Shown: positions 39,727 through 52,999, counted from the stretch's first letter. The stretch: DNA of 64,000 nucleotides from Octopus vulgaris (GCA_951406725.2 OX597825.1:62744001-62808000); one strand, 5' to 3'. Numbers and translations: made by a program. The notes: generated by a model not told the origin, from the sequence alone.

Positions 39727-40013
39727 AACATATACCAAGACGAAATCTACGATGTTACCACATTAATACTAACACACTCGACTGAAATACGGAACGCTAA
39801 CAGTACGAGAAACGGTGAAGAAGTTTCAAAATATCAGTAATGCAATACAAAGTATTGCCTTCCAGTAAAAAGTAGCCCGTGAGGGAAAAATACACAAATT
39901 AGTAAATATTTTGAAACTTCTTCACCGTTTCTCGTACTGTTAGCGTTCCGTATTTCAGTCGAGTGTGTTAGTATTAATGTGGTAACATCGTAGATTTCGT
40001 CTTGGTATATGTT

Positions 40014-40083
40014 TGGCTGAAGAAGGTAAAGCAAAATATGGGTGAGAGACATATCTTGCAAAACCTGAAACCTGCAGGTACCA
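40014..40083 (+). ncRNA. Minimal type I hammerhead ribozyme (intact core)
   Basis: tgg-CUGAAGA-aggt[aaa gcaaaatatg ggtgagaga catatcttgc aaa]acct-GAAA-CCUGCAGG-UA-cca; predicted cleavage after GUA at 40080. Confidence 0.85.
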
Positions 40084-40354
40084 CATTATCCATTTTCCGG
40101 GTGTTTCATCTTTCAGATGTTCTCCCTGGAGGTAAGACGGTTTTTTTCTCTGTTTTGTTGCACACACGCATTTTTGCTAATACATACCGGTGAAGCTACA
40201 CATTAGCGTCGTATTTTTACGTTCGCTATTTCCAGTAAATATCGGTACTTAGTTGTGCCATTTATTTACTAATTTGTATATATATATATATATATACACA
40301 TACATACATACATATATTATATATATATATATATATATACATATACATACATGC

Positions 40355-40385
<31 letters not shown>

Positions 40386-40771
40386 CATACATACATACAT
40401 AAATATGCATGGATTCATATAAAACGAAATGATGTATAAAATGATGTACAAAAAAATGATGTACAAAAAGCATACCTTGCATGTATATACCCAATCAGCC
40501 AAAGCTATGATGCAGAGTAAAATATATTTAGAATAAAACACCAGAAAACAAAAACTTCTTAGATTCTATAATTTGATTAATTTCAACAACAATTTTAGCA
40601 AAAATCATCATAAATACCATAATTACATAATGAGACTCATGATTAATATAGATTAATTGAATTTAAAGCACTCTTTATCCCAAATTATTAGCAGTATTAT
40701 GGGTTATACTAATTATAGTTACATACATACTCATACACCTATATAAAGAAATGTAGATATATGTATGTATA

Positions 40772-42413
40772 CAAGGGATGTTCATTAAAGATTTCCCCTG
40801 ACCCAAGAACTGGGATAAACGAATCTTGACATAATTATTAGTTCTTCTCTACATAGCCACCACTAATGGTGATACTCTTTTCCTATCACTTTATGCAGCT
40901 AGGAAGACCTCATGTGTGGAAGCCGGTAGGTTGCGTCTGGAGCCAAGACTTTACTTCAGAAATAAGTTCATCATTAGCCAAAAGGGGCTTCTCCTTCAAA
41001 AAGATTTCATGGTTGGAAAGAGGTGGAAGTCAGGTGGTGTGAGGTCAGGAGAGTAAGGGGGATGAAGAAGGGTTTCATAGCTGTAGGAGTGTACTTTCAT
41101 GTGGGCAACATGCACATTGGGAACTGAGGTGTTGTCTTGGAGGAGGCAGACTCCTTCGGTCAGCATGCCACACCCCTCTGCTTTGATGGCATCCCACAAT
41201 TTCTGCAGCGGAGAAGGTTAATATACCCCATTAATTGTGGTGGCCTTTGCCAGAAAATCCATCACCACTATTCCTTGCTGGTTCAAAAAGACTGTGAGCA
41301 TCACCTTGCCTGCTGAGAATTGGATATGAGCTTTCTTTGGTGATGGTGAATTATCATGCTTCCATTGCTTCGACTGGACTTTAGTCTCAGGATCATTGTG
41401 ATAGACCTATGATTAATCCTGTGTGATAAGTCTGCTGAAAATGTCCTCCTCTTTCTCTTGGCACATTGCCAAAAGATCCTGAGAGCAAGTGACTCATCCC
41501 TTCTTCTGAAAAGGTGTGAACATCAGAGGAATCCATCGTGTAGACAACGTCTACAAATGCAAATGATCGTGAATGATTTTGTTTCCATGAACACTACATT
41601 TATCTTTGCTTCTTGGGGTAGTGGCAGCTTCCACTCTATGGATAGTGCCGTGATCAGTAGTGGAATTTTTGCTCTCATCACCGCTTCGTAGTCTTGCAGT
41701 GTCCTGCCGACTAGCTCGATGTGCTCATGGCTAGACACTATGACGGCGACGTTGTCTGCGTATGTGGACATGCTTGTCCCGCACCCCAGTTCTCACAGGA
41801 TGCTCCTCAGCCTCGCCAGCTTCCACAGTAGTGGCTCAAGAGTCAATACGTACAGAAGCAACAAGAGGGGGCATCTCTGACGGACTGAACATGCAATGTC
41901 GAAAGGTCTCGATAGATGCCCATTCACGCGAATTACCGAACGGATGTCTCTGTACAAGGCAGCTATCCAGCCACGGAATATGGGACTGAAGCCAGCCGCT
42001 ATGAGGACAGCCTCCAAGCTTGGGCTAGTGGCAGTTTCCACTCTATGGATAGTGCCGTGATCAGTGGCAGAATGTGGTCATCCAGGAATAAGAACCGTTT
42101 CCACCAATATCCAATTACATTTGAACTGACAATGCCAGTGATTGACTACATCATATGATGGCGCATCGTCACCATAAACCTCTTTCATCTGATCAAAAAT
42201 CTCTTCTGGTGAACGACCTTTCACTAATCTGCTGCATTCAGCTGCCTCCATCATAACACCTAAGTCCACTTCAGCAGCCATAAAAGACAAACTAGTGGAC
42301 AGCTGCAATTTACAATGTGACATTTAGAGACAAGTGTAATTATATCTGTACAAGTTCAGTTCCCTACAATAACTGGAAGTTGGTCAGAAGAAATCTTTAA
42401 TGAACACCTCTTG
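40772..42413 (-). mobile_element. Near full-length mariner element with a pseudogenised transposase
   Basis: TIRs caagggatgttcattaaagatttcccctgacc / ggtcagaagaaatctttaatgaacacctcttg, left TA; motifs EVYGDDAPSY, RWIPLMFT, LITQD, DPETK, AGKVMLTVF, LLQDN and HPPYSPDLTPPDFHLF, with stops and frameshifts. Confidence 0.92.
41659..42018 (-). pseudogene. Internal L1/Tx1-type reverse transcriptase fragment inserted in the mariner
   Basis: GFSPIFRGWIAALYRDIRSVIRVNGHLSRPFDIACSVRQRCPLLLLLYVLTLEPLL...STYADNVAV (RT QGCPLSP and YADD motifs); flanked by 47-bp direct repeats. Confidence 0.88.
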
Positions 42414-42626
42414 TTTGTATGCATGCATTTTTAATAAGATCATTAAATATTCAGCTAATTACAATAAATTCTCATACTGAAGAGTTTCAAAAGGAATGGC
42501 TCACATATGGCATTGTCTCTCACTTTTGTCAAAATAAAAATAAGATCAATCAAGAATTTCTTATTTTGTATTTGGTCTTTATTTATCAAAGTTTTACCAG
42601 TTACATGAAGTTTTACCAGTTATGTG

Positions 42627-42958
42627 AAGGTGTATGGCTCAGTGGTTAGAGCATCGAACTCACGACCGTAAGGTTGTGAGTTTGAATCCCGGACTGGGCT
42701 GCATGTTGTGTTCTTGAGCAAGACCCTTTTTTTCATGTTACTCCAGTTCACTCAACTGTAGAAATGAGTTGCGACGTCACTGGTGCCAAGCTGTATCGAC
42801 TTTTGCCTTTCCCTTGGATAACATCGGTGGTGTGGAGAGGGGAGGCTGGTATGCATGGGTGACTACCGGTCTTCCATAAACAACCTTGCCTGGACTTGTG
42901 CCTCGGAGGCTAACTTTCTAGGTGCAATCCCATGGTCATTCGTGACCGAAGGGGGTCT
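42627..42958 (+). mobile_element. Family B SINE
   Basis: Matches the 30641 copy. Confidence 0.9.
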
Positions 42959-43204
42959 CCGATAGCTTTGATAACTTGTCTTGTTGTTGACAACTAAACT
43001 GCCCTCTGCCCAAATTCAGTTTATTGTGCAATGAATGTGAGTATTCAGGAGGATTGAAATACTGCAGTTGACTTATACCCCTCCCTAAATTTGAGTTTGT
43101 GTCTATAGAATTTGTTAAATGGCAGAGGACATTCTTACAGAGAAGATAATGGCCAAACATGCATGGATAGGCCAGAGAAGCTAATGGTGAACCATACATG
43201 GTTA

Positions 43205-43793
43205 TAGGAGCACTCCATTGGTTATGACAACGAGGGTCCCAGCTGATACGATCAACGGAACAGCCTGCTCATGAAATTAACATGCAAGTGACTGAGCAAT
43301 CCACAGACACATGTACCCCTAACGTAGTTCTCAGGGAGATTCTATTTCTTTATTGCCCACAAGGGGCTAAACATAAATGGGACGAACAAGGACAGACAAA
43401 GGTATTAAGTTGATTACATTGACCCAGTGCATAACTGGTACTTAATTTATCGACCTTGAAAGGATGAAAGGCAAAGTCGACCTCGACAGAATTTGAACTC
43501 AGAACATAACAGCAGACGAAATACTGCAAAGCATTTCGCCTGGCTTGCTAACGTTTTGCCAGCTTGCTGCCTTCATAAGGGAGATTCAGCATAAGGGAGA
43601 TTCCTAAGGGAGAATCTCGGAGATTCAGCATGACACAGAATGCAACAAGGCCAGCCCTTTGAAATACAGGTACAATTCCTTTTTGCAATGTGAAATAAAG
43701 TGTCTTGCTCAAGGACACAACAGGTTGCCGGGAATTGAGCTCATGACCTTACAATCGTGAGCCGAATGCCCTAACCACTAAGCCATGCACTTT
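43205..43793 (-). mobile_element. B-headed SINE with a different middle and tail (domain H), interrupted by a family C copy (about 43343-43575)
   Basis: Head and CORE-like start, then gtacctgtatttcaaaggg...ctccctgagaactacgtta...cacttgcatgttaatttc; host text agggagattc repeated around the insert. Confidence 0.8.
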
Positions 43794-44451
43794 TACTACA
43801 TGGTTAGGACATAAGACAGACATCTTAAATTCTCATTGTTGTGTGTCTAAAGCAGTGTTTCTCAACTACAGTCCTCATAGCTCTGGAGTTTCCATATAAG
43901 ATTTTGTTGTTAAAATTTGTCTGCATAAATTGGTTATATTCCAACAAAACACAAACTAAATCATTATGAGGGCTCATCTAAGTAAAACAGGAATCAGAGG
44001 GAACTACTAGTCTAAAACCCCTTTAGGCTACATATTTGTGATGGATTGTGATGGCATTTTTAACAGTCATGCTTTACAGTCAGTATTTAGTCAAGATACT
44101 CTAAGTTCAAATCCCACTAAGCTCAACAGTGTATTTTAGTTTTTCAGTGTTAAGAAAATAAAATACAAGTTAAAATACAAATAAAATACAATTCGCCATC
44201 ACCCCCAAAAGTCTGCTATCCTCAAAACTGAATTAGAAATTGTTATTAAACATGATTCTCTGCTTTTAAATGTTAACATCTAAAAAATACTATTTTCTAA
44301 AAGAGATTAATAAAAGCTAACTTAACATGAAATTTCACTTCTACAAATATTTACTGTTTACAAATATAAATATGTTTCAATGACAAATAAATAACTTGAA
44401 GATAAAGTAGATTTATTTATAGTAAGTATACCACTGTATCACATTGCTAGA

Positions 44452-44494
<43 letters not shown>

Positions 44495-44532
44495 ATATAT
44501 ATATATATATATAGATTTATATAGATATTGAT

Positions 44533-44584
<52 letters not shown>

Positions 44585-44984
44585 TAGGCAGACAGACAGA
44601 CAGGTAGATAGATAAATAGATAGATAAGTAGACAGATAAGTAGATAGATAGATAGATAGATAGACAGATAGACAGATAGATAGATAAGATAAAGATCCTT
44701 CCAGAGTAATATAGACTCATAGGAAAGCTTTCCTAGTTTCCGTGTTGTATCCATTCCCCACCTGGTCAGGACACCGGGCCATAGGATAACTCATTTTGCG
44801 AATTAAGTGGACTGGAGCAACTGAAATGAAGTGTTTTGCTCAAGGACACAACACATCACAAAGTCTCACTAATATTTTATGCAGTAATAAGGTGGTGAAC
44901 TGGCAGAATTGTTAGCACATTCTTCTTCATGTTCTGAGTTCAATTTCCGTGAAGGTCGACTTTGTCTTTCATTCTTTCAGGGTT

Positions 44985-45437
44985 CATCCTCATCATCGTT
45001 TAACGTCCGCTTTCCATGCTGGCATGGGTCGGACGATTTGACTGAGGGCTTGCGAACCAGATTGCTGCACCAGGCTCCAATCTTGATCTGGCAGAGTTTC
45101 TAGAGCTGGATGCCTTTCCTAATGCCAACCACTCCGAGAGGTGTGGTGCTTTAATGTGCCACCAGCACGGGGGCCAGTCAGGCAGTACTGGCAATGACCT
45201 CGCTCGAATCTTTTTACACATGCCACCGGCACAGGTGCCAGTAAGTCGACGCTGGTAATGATCACACTCAAACGGTGCCCTTTTACATGACACCGGCATG
45301 GAAGCCAGTTAGCTGCTCTGGCAACGATCACACTCAGATGGTGCTCTTGGCACCCTACTAGCACGGGCACAAGTGCCAGTAAGGCGACGCTGGTAATGAT
45401 CACACTCGAATGGTGCCTTTTATGTGCCACTGGCACA
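44985..45437 (-). mobile_element. Family D repeat nested in a family C SINE (about 44890-45540)
   Basis: Near-identical to 4900-5428; family C halves flank it. Confidence 0.85.
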
Positions 45438-45888
45438 GATCGGAAAATAAAATAAATTCCAGTTAAGTACTGGAGTCAATGTAATCAGTTTATCCACTCC
45501 TTCAGTATTGCTGGCCTTGCACCAAAATTTGAAATCAATAGTCTATGTAGTAATTAGTAAGTTGTAAGAATTAGTTTCACACAAGTGTTTACTTTTTCTC
45601 ACACAAATAAGAATTGCCACCACATCTTCTGGAACTACATTTTCCATGTAGTAAACATACCAAAAATACAACAATTTATTATATCTCATTTGTCACTGAC
45701 ATATTTTCTCTATAGATCTCAGCACCTATGCTTCAACACATTGTTAGTCTTCATTTATAACAGATTCTTCAATCAATAAACTTTTAAAAGCATTTTAAAG
45801 ATAACTTTTCTATTCTGTGACATAGAAATTTGAGAAATATATGTATCTGATTTGAGTGTGAATTTGTGTATGCCACTTCATATGCATA

Positions 45889-45920
<32 letters not shown>

Positions 45921-45934
45921 AATCTATCTATCTA

Positions 45935-46037
<103 letters not shown>

Positions 46038-46308
46038 ATTTGTATTTGAAATATAACAATGTTAGAGAAATACCATTGGTTTCATATCTAGATGGTTAGC
46101 ATGATCTAGACATATCAGTTCCTCTAAATAAAAATAAACAACTGCTCTATTTATTGTAGAGTATGCTCGTTTTCTGACTTATAAATTTATAACGACAATA
46201 TACTTACATACATACATTCATACATACATACATACATACATACATTCATACATACATTCATACATACATACATACATACATACATACATACATACATACA
46301 TACATACA

Positions 46309-46342
<34 letters not shown>

Positions 46343-48639
46343 GACAATGACATGGGAGGGAAAAATTAAATGAGCATCTCATATAAACCAAATTCAACCA
46401 TATTTTTTAAGTGCATAATATCAGATTTTACTAGGTTTTATATATATATATATATATATTGTTGAAAGTCTATGAGCTTTACTTAACAGAGTTTTTGAAG
46501 GGTAAAGATAATTTTTAAAATAAAATGTTATGGAATCTTTTATGGGGATGTTATTAACCTTCCTTTGGAAGAAGTTTCTGTCTGGTGTGTAGCTGCTTTC
46601 ATTAAAACTTTTCAAATGCACGTGTTCTTAAAGAGGAAGTTGTTATATTTGTGGTAGTGATGCCAAATTACTTGACATCACTGTTCTCAGGGGATAATGA
46701 TACCTTAGATTAAGAAGCAATAAGTGTTAGGAGATAAGATGTGGGGGTAAATGCTTGACAGGACACAGAGAGTGAATGTGGGGTTGGGCTTGCATGTATA
46801 AGGATTACCAAATTGGTCTTAGGATAACAATATATAATGAAACTTGTGTAAATGGCAAAGATACTATATTTGCTTGAAATTTTCATTAAAATGTATGCAT
46901 TTACATTTTTGATTGAAACACAAGAATATTATTTTCAATTTGTCATTTACTGTTTCATTTCTGAAAGACCCAGTTTTTGTTTATTTTTACAAAAATAATA
47001 ACAAAAACATTGTCTAAACCATTATTCTTAAAACCATATTTGTCTTATTACTTTTTCATTTAAAATGAAAAGGTGAATAGCTAATTTGATTGGGAAATAA
47101 ATATTCTCCAGTAATTTCATATAAATATTTGATTTTATATAAAACTGAACATTATTACATTTAAACTTTTTGTCAAGAAACTATCTAAAAAGAAACAGAA
47201 ACAATGATGCAAGTTTTCCTGTAATAATGAATTTTGATGAACAAATTAAAGTGATTTTTACATTATTGCTTTCTGTTGTCACAGCAACTTGATGAAAATT
47301 TAATTTAAATCTATGAACTACCTTCTTAAACAATCTTAAAATGTTTCTTTTTTTCAAGTCTCAAATATCGGAAAAATTTAATTTTAAAAATTATTTTCAT
47401 GTATTACTATGCCTCTGTTGAATTACAGATTTTGAAATTTACTAAAGCTGCCTCAAAACTCCTACTTTAATCAAAATGTCTATGGTACATAATGTTATTT
47501 ACCAATATAAACTATAGAATATTGTTAACTCTTTTCCATTTATTATATAAATAAAAGCTCTTCTTTTCATCAAATATATATGAAACAAGTGTGCCTCAAC
47601 TTTTTAAATGACATTAAAAGCAAATATATACTGTTTGCATTTTTTAATATTTATATAAATTATTAACAATTTGAATACTTTACACCATGTCAATGACAAG
47701 ATGGAATGATATGCCTACAACAGAAAAGAAAAAGTATAAAACTATGTATTGATGATTATATCTTTTATTGCCTCAGGCATAGCTGCCAATATTCTATTAT
47801 TTTAGCATTTATATTTATTTTAAAGACATCATTTGTCCATGCCAACAATTCTATATTGTTTTTAAATCGATTTTATAGCCATCAGTACTTGAATATATTT
47901 TGTAAAAAAAAAAAAAAAATACAAGACACACTAGGAGATAATTCAATAAAGAAAATGTCACTTGCAGCAATTAAAATTGAACCACTAATGAAAAGAAATA
48001 ATTTCAAAAATTAGAATTAAAATTAACCAATATCTATTTTGTGAATTTCCATTCACTCTTAATGCAATGTTACCATAAATGAATAGATTTTAAAGTGACA
48101 TATATGGTCCAGACATGCATATGAACTTTCACATGATCATAAAAATGAATTCATTAAAAGGATAAAAATAATGTTAATGACAAACATGAAATATAATTTG
48201 TGTATTGATGGAATATTTCTGAGAAAAAATCCTCAACATTGTTAATTGCCAGGCTAGAAATGATACCAAAATTTCCTTCCATTTACACCATATCATATGA
48301 AAAACAAAGGACTTATTGAATAATACATAGTCTTAGAAGAGGTAAAACGATGAGGGATGATCAGGGTATGAACAGATATGATCAATTAAAGGTGATTTGG
48401 AGTAAAAAAAAAACAGCAGCAGCTCTGATGCAGATAATATTGTAATATTTCCTTTTGCATAGAACGAGCAACATAGAATATTATTGAAATTAACTTTCTA
48501 GTTGTTTCATTATCCTCGTTTTCACTCTTGTCATTGTTGTTGCTGTTGTTGTGATCATTGGGGTTGTCATCATCATTGTAATTGTAATTACAATTGTAGT
48601 TGGCTTCATCATTGTCACTCTCATCAATTGTCATAATCA

Positions 48640-49020
48640 CGAAAAAAAGCACCATTTGAGCATGATCGTTACCAGCGTCAGCTTTACTGGCACTTGTGTC
48701 AGTGGCACATGAAAAACATTCGAGCAAGGTCATTGCCAGTGCCGCTGGACTGGCTCCTGTGCAGGTGGCATGTAAAAAACACCATTTGAGTGTGGCCGTT
48801 GCCAGTACCGCCTGACTGGCCCTCATGCTGGTGGCATGTAAAATCGCCCACTACACTCTTGGAGTGGTTGGCATTAGGAAGGGCATTCAGCTGTAGAAAC
48901 TCTGCCAGATCAAGATTGTAGCCTGGTGCAGCCATCTGGTTCGCTAGCACTCAGTCAAATCGTCCAACCCATGCTAGCATGGAAAGTGGACGTTAAACGA
49001 TCATGATGATGATGATGATG
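48640..49020 (+). mobile_element. Family D repeat
   Basis: Three to four 60-bp units plus tail and (GAT)n. Confidence 0.85.
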
Positions 49021-49302
49021 ATTAATTTTATCTCCATATTTCCATAGGGAATTCATTGTAGCAAATTTTCTAACAGCTTCATGCCCTTTCTTTTGCTAAC
49101 ACTTGCTTGTTTTGAAGCAAGATAATATTTCTCATGAAAGAACGAAACATTTTGCATAATGATTACTGCTATGACTAGATGAGGAGGTACACACTCTTAC
49201 AAACATATACATACATATAGACATATGCTTGCACATTTGACAAGCGTCTTTCTGTTTTCATTTACCAAATCCACATACAAGGCTTTGGCTTACTTAGAAA
49301 TA

Positions 49303-49876
49303 TTGGTTTGTCCAGAAAGTCTGTGCCGATTTTTAAAGGAAAGAAAAAGGTCAATAAATACTTGCCATTACCCAAGCTTTACCAGGTGTTCATGAACGAC
49401 GGATTTTGATAGGTTGAGGCTTTCTGTCAATTCTCGGGTTGTGCAATGTGGGTTATTCTCAATTGAGGACTTTATTTGATCATCATCTATAGGAGATGGC
49501 CTGCCCGATTGCTCTTTATCAATAAGGCTACAATCTCCAGCTCGGAACCTTGCAAATCACTTCCGTACAGTTCTTTCGGATAAAGAAACATCACCGTAAA
49601 CTGCGCATATTTCTTTGGTTGTTTGTGAGGCATTTTTCCCTTTACAGAAAAAGAAAAGCATCAAATGCCAAAAATGAACGTTCTTATCTTCCATTTTAAA
49701 GGGTTGTACAATTAACACAGGTTATGGGAACATAAACCTTCTTCCACCCAAAGATAGCTTAAACTGTGCTCTAAATGGAGGTGTAGTAAAATCCTATTTT
49801 ATGGATGCAAACATTTCTCAAAATAAGTAGCAAAGTAAGCTACTATAAATCGGCACGAACTTTCCGGACAACCCAA
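49303..49876 (-). mobile_element. Internally deleted mariner inserted at a TA in an old family A SINE
   Basis: TIRs ttggtttgtccagaaagtctgtgccgattt / aaatcggcacgaactttccggacaacccaa with TA on both sides; from ATG 49694: MEDKNVHFWHLMLFFFCKGKNASQTTKEICAVYGDVSLSERTVRK*FARFRAG...SGRPSPIDDDQIK...HEHLVKLG, fused to C-terminal NGKY. Confidence 0.92.
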
Positions 49877-50778
49877 TATATTGGAATACACCAGCCCAAA
49901 TTGCCACTCAGTGGAACTTAACCCAAAATCATATGAATGGGAAGAGAACTTCTTTACATCACAACTATACTTGTGCCAGGTCTATGCCATGTGTGTTTCT
50001 ACTCTGGAAGGATCATTGTCTTGTAATCTATCACATATATATATTGATTTCAATTTTTGGCACAAGTTCATAGTAGGTGTTAGTTGATTACATTGATCCC
50101 CAGTACTCTACTGGTACTTATTTTATCGACCTCAAAAGGATGAGAAGCAAAGTCCACTTTGTTAGCATTTTAACTCAGAATGTAAAGACAGGTGAAAAGC
50201 ATTTGCTAACATTTCTACCAGCTCATCTCCTTATTTTATCACAAATATAATACATCAAAAATGGAAAAGTATGACTACAAACATATGTATTTCAAGAAAA
50301 TATATATCGTGGCAATACTAATCAAAAATATTTACAAATTTGTTTTTAAATTGCCTGAGTTTTAAGTTCTAAAATGAATATGTACTGAAATTGTGTGATG
50401 TTTTTTAACATAATTAATCAATTTCTCTCAATGGCTCACTTAATAATGAAGAGAGAAGACTGTTCTTATGTCCTTGTAAGCTATATCAAAAAGCAATTAA
50501 AGGGAACAGCAAGACATGGATGAGGAGGCAGAATCAAAAGAGCAACAAGTACAATGTTTTACTGTGCTTATTCTCTCTCTCCTGTACTCTGATATCAAGT
50601 CCTGCTGAGGCCAATTTTGACTATCATCCTTTGTGTGCCAATACAATGATAAAGGTCATAATTAACCTCTGATAGCACCCCTTTCTCCTGATATAGAAAA
50701 CGGTTGTGGTAAAACTGAAGTACTACTGAAATCATCTAAGGCTGTGCCCAAGTGCAACACATGACATAGAACAGAAAT

Positions 50779-51080
50779 TATTCTTTATTTTATTTATGTG
50801 CCCTTTTCAAGCCTAGCCAGGCTCAAGGGCCAGGTTTCCTGATTTCTGTGGCATATATGTTCCCCCCCAGTTGGATGGAATACCAGTCCATCACAGCGTT
50901 ACTCAAGAAACAGGAAGAAAGTGAGAGAAAGTTGGGGTGAAAGAGTACAACATGCCAGAGCATCGTGGAGCTTTTAGGTGTTTTTGCTCAATAAACACAC
51001 ACAACACCCGGTCCAAGAATCGAAACCACGATCCTCCGACTGTGAGTTTGCTGCCCTAACCACTGGGCCATTGCGCCTCT
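50779..51080 (-). mobile_element. Family E SINE
   Basis: 15-bp TSD acatagaacagaaat (50764-50778, 51081-51095). Confidence 0.9.
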
Positions 51081-51871
51081 ACATAGAACAGAAATATAAA
51101 AAATAAATATACTTCTAAATTTAGGCTCATAAACAGCAAATTTTAGAGGAAGAAGTGGGGTGAGGTAGTTGATGACATCAGCCCCAGTGCTTGACTGGTA
51201 TTTTATGTTATTAACTCCATAGACATGAAAGACAAAGTTGACCTTACCAGGATTTGAACTCAGAATGTGAAGAGCCAAACCATAAACCATCAGGCAGTTT
51301 TTCAGACATCCTATCAATTCTGCCAATTCATTGTCCAGAACAGAAATAAATAATACAAATGTATCGAGCAAATAATTATAATTTGGTCAATTAATCATTT
51401 CGTAACAAATTCACCTACTGCTGTAATAACTTTCACTTAATTCATGCAACAGGAAATATTTTTAAAACAAGTGATATATAATAGATTCATTTCAAATGTG
51501 AAATTAGAACTAGTCTCAAATTTCTATAATGTTAAATTAATGTAAATTCATGGGGAATTTAAATATTTTATGTAGTTTTAATCTATTTAGTAAGCGACCT
51601 TTAAATTTCATCGATGTTGATCAAAATTTAATGGAAGCATTATCATTTCTGTTCTGAAATCAAAAGCATATTAAGTGTAATTATGCCAGTTCTGATAGTG
51701 TTTCAAAGCAAAACCATATCTTTCACTCAATTTTGTTCCACACAACAAAATATCAAGTTGAGGATCAACAACGGTGTTTTAAGGGCCTCTGAAAAAATAT
51801 TTGCTTTAGATATATGTATTGGTACGTATTGCAAAAAAACTGCTAGGGTTTCTTTCTTCAAAAACTTTACA

Positions 51872-52492
51872 TATGAAGGTGAGCTGCAAAGTTCGTTGCA
51901 TTGGGTAAAAGAAAATACAGGAGGGTTACTCTTTTACTCTCCTTTACTTGTTTCAGTCATTTGACTGTGACCATGCTGGAGCACCGCCTTTAGTCGAGCA
52001 AATTGACCCCAGGACTTATTCTTTGTAAGCCTAGTACTTATTCTATCGGTCTCATTTGCCAAACAGCTAAGTTACGGGGATGTAAACAGACACACAAACA
52101 TATACACACACACATATATACATATATATATATATATACACACACACATAAATACATACATACATACATACATATATGTATATATATATACATATACAAC
52201 GGGCTTCTTCAAAGGTTTTGGTCGGCCTGAAGCTACAGTAGAAGACACTTGCCCAAGGTGTCAAGCTGTGGGACTGAACCCAAGACCATGTGGCTGGTAA
52301 GCAAGCTACTTACCACACAGTCACTCCTAGTTAAATAGGATTTTATTTAACATATTTTCCTCTCATATTCATACATGTATTGCAGCAGTCTTTCAGTTTT
52401 TCTAAGCCCAGTAAAAAAACTCAGAAGGCTCAACCTCCAGCCAAGCCTTCTGCAATAACTTTAAAACCAGGAACATTTTAGCACCCCATCAT
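51872..52492. mobile_element. Mariner-type MITE interrupted by a minus-strand family A SINE (about 51926-52329)
   Basis: Degenerate TIRs tatgaaggtgagctgcaaagttc / gaacattttagcaccccatcata. Confidence 0.65.
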
Positions 52493-52760
52493 AGTTCAAC
52501 CTACACAAGTTAATGTGTGAAAAGCAAAATTGGAATTTTGAAAGAAGCTTCTATAAAACTCGTTTTTAAACACTGAAAGGCTATGAGGGTCCACCAAAAT
52601 AAAATAGCAATCAAAGGGTTCCATAGATAAAAGATAGTTGAAAACCCCAGTTCTACATGTAATTGTGAAGTTTAATCAGTGGTTAGCTACTTCTCTGGAT
52701 ATTACCACTGGTATTACTTTGCTTGTTGCCAAAGTTTATGATAAAGTACTACTTACTTGA

Positions 52761-52999
52761 GTGGAGGCACGTGGTTTAGTGGTTAGAATAGCAGCATCAT
52801 GATCGTAAGATTGGGGTTTTGAATCCTGGACTAGGCAACACGTGTTCTTGAGCAAAATACTTCATTTCAGGCAAAAATGAGTAACGCTGTGATGGACTGG
52901 CGTCCCGTCCAGCTGGGGAATGCATATGCCATTGAAACCAGGAAACCGGGCCCATGAGCCTGGCTAGGCTTTAAAAGGGCGCATTTATTTTTTATTTAT
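52761..52999 (+). mobile_element. Chimeric SINE: B-like head/CORE start plus family E second-type tail
   Basis: 14-bp TSD tactacttacttga (52747-52760, 53000-53013). Confidence 0.85.

Larger units (their letters stand above)
39401..40277. mobile_element. Young TA-embedded Penelope-like/retrozyme-like element with A-B-A-inverted(B) architecture
   Basis: 79-bp direct repeat at 39401-39479 and 39830-39908 (1 mismatch); inverted arms 39465-39834 and 39906-40277 with few differences; (TA)n on both sides; CpG-rich. Confidence 0.88.
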
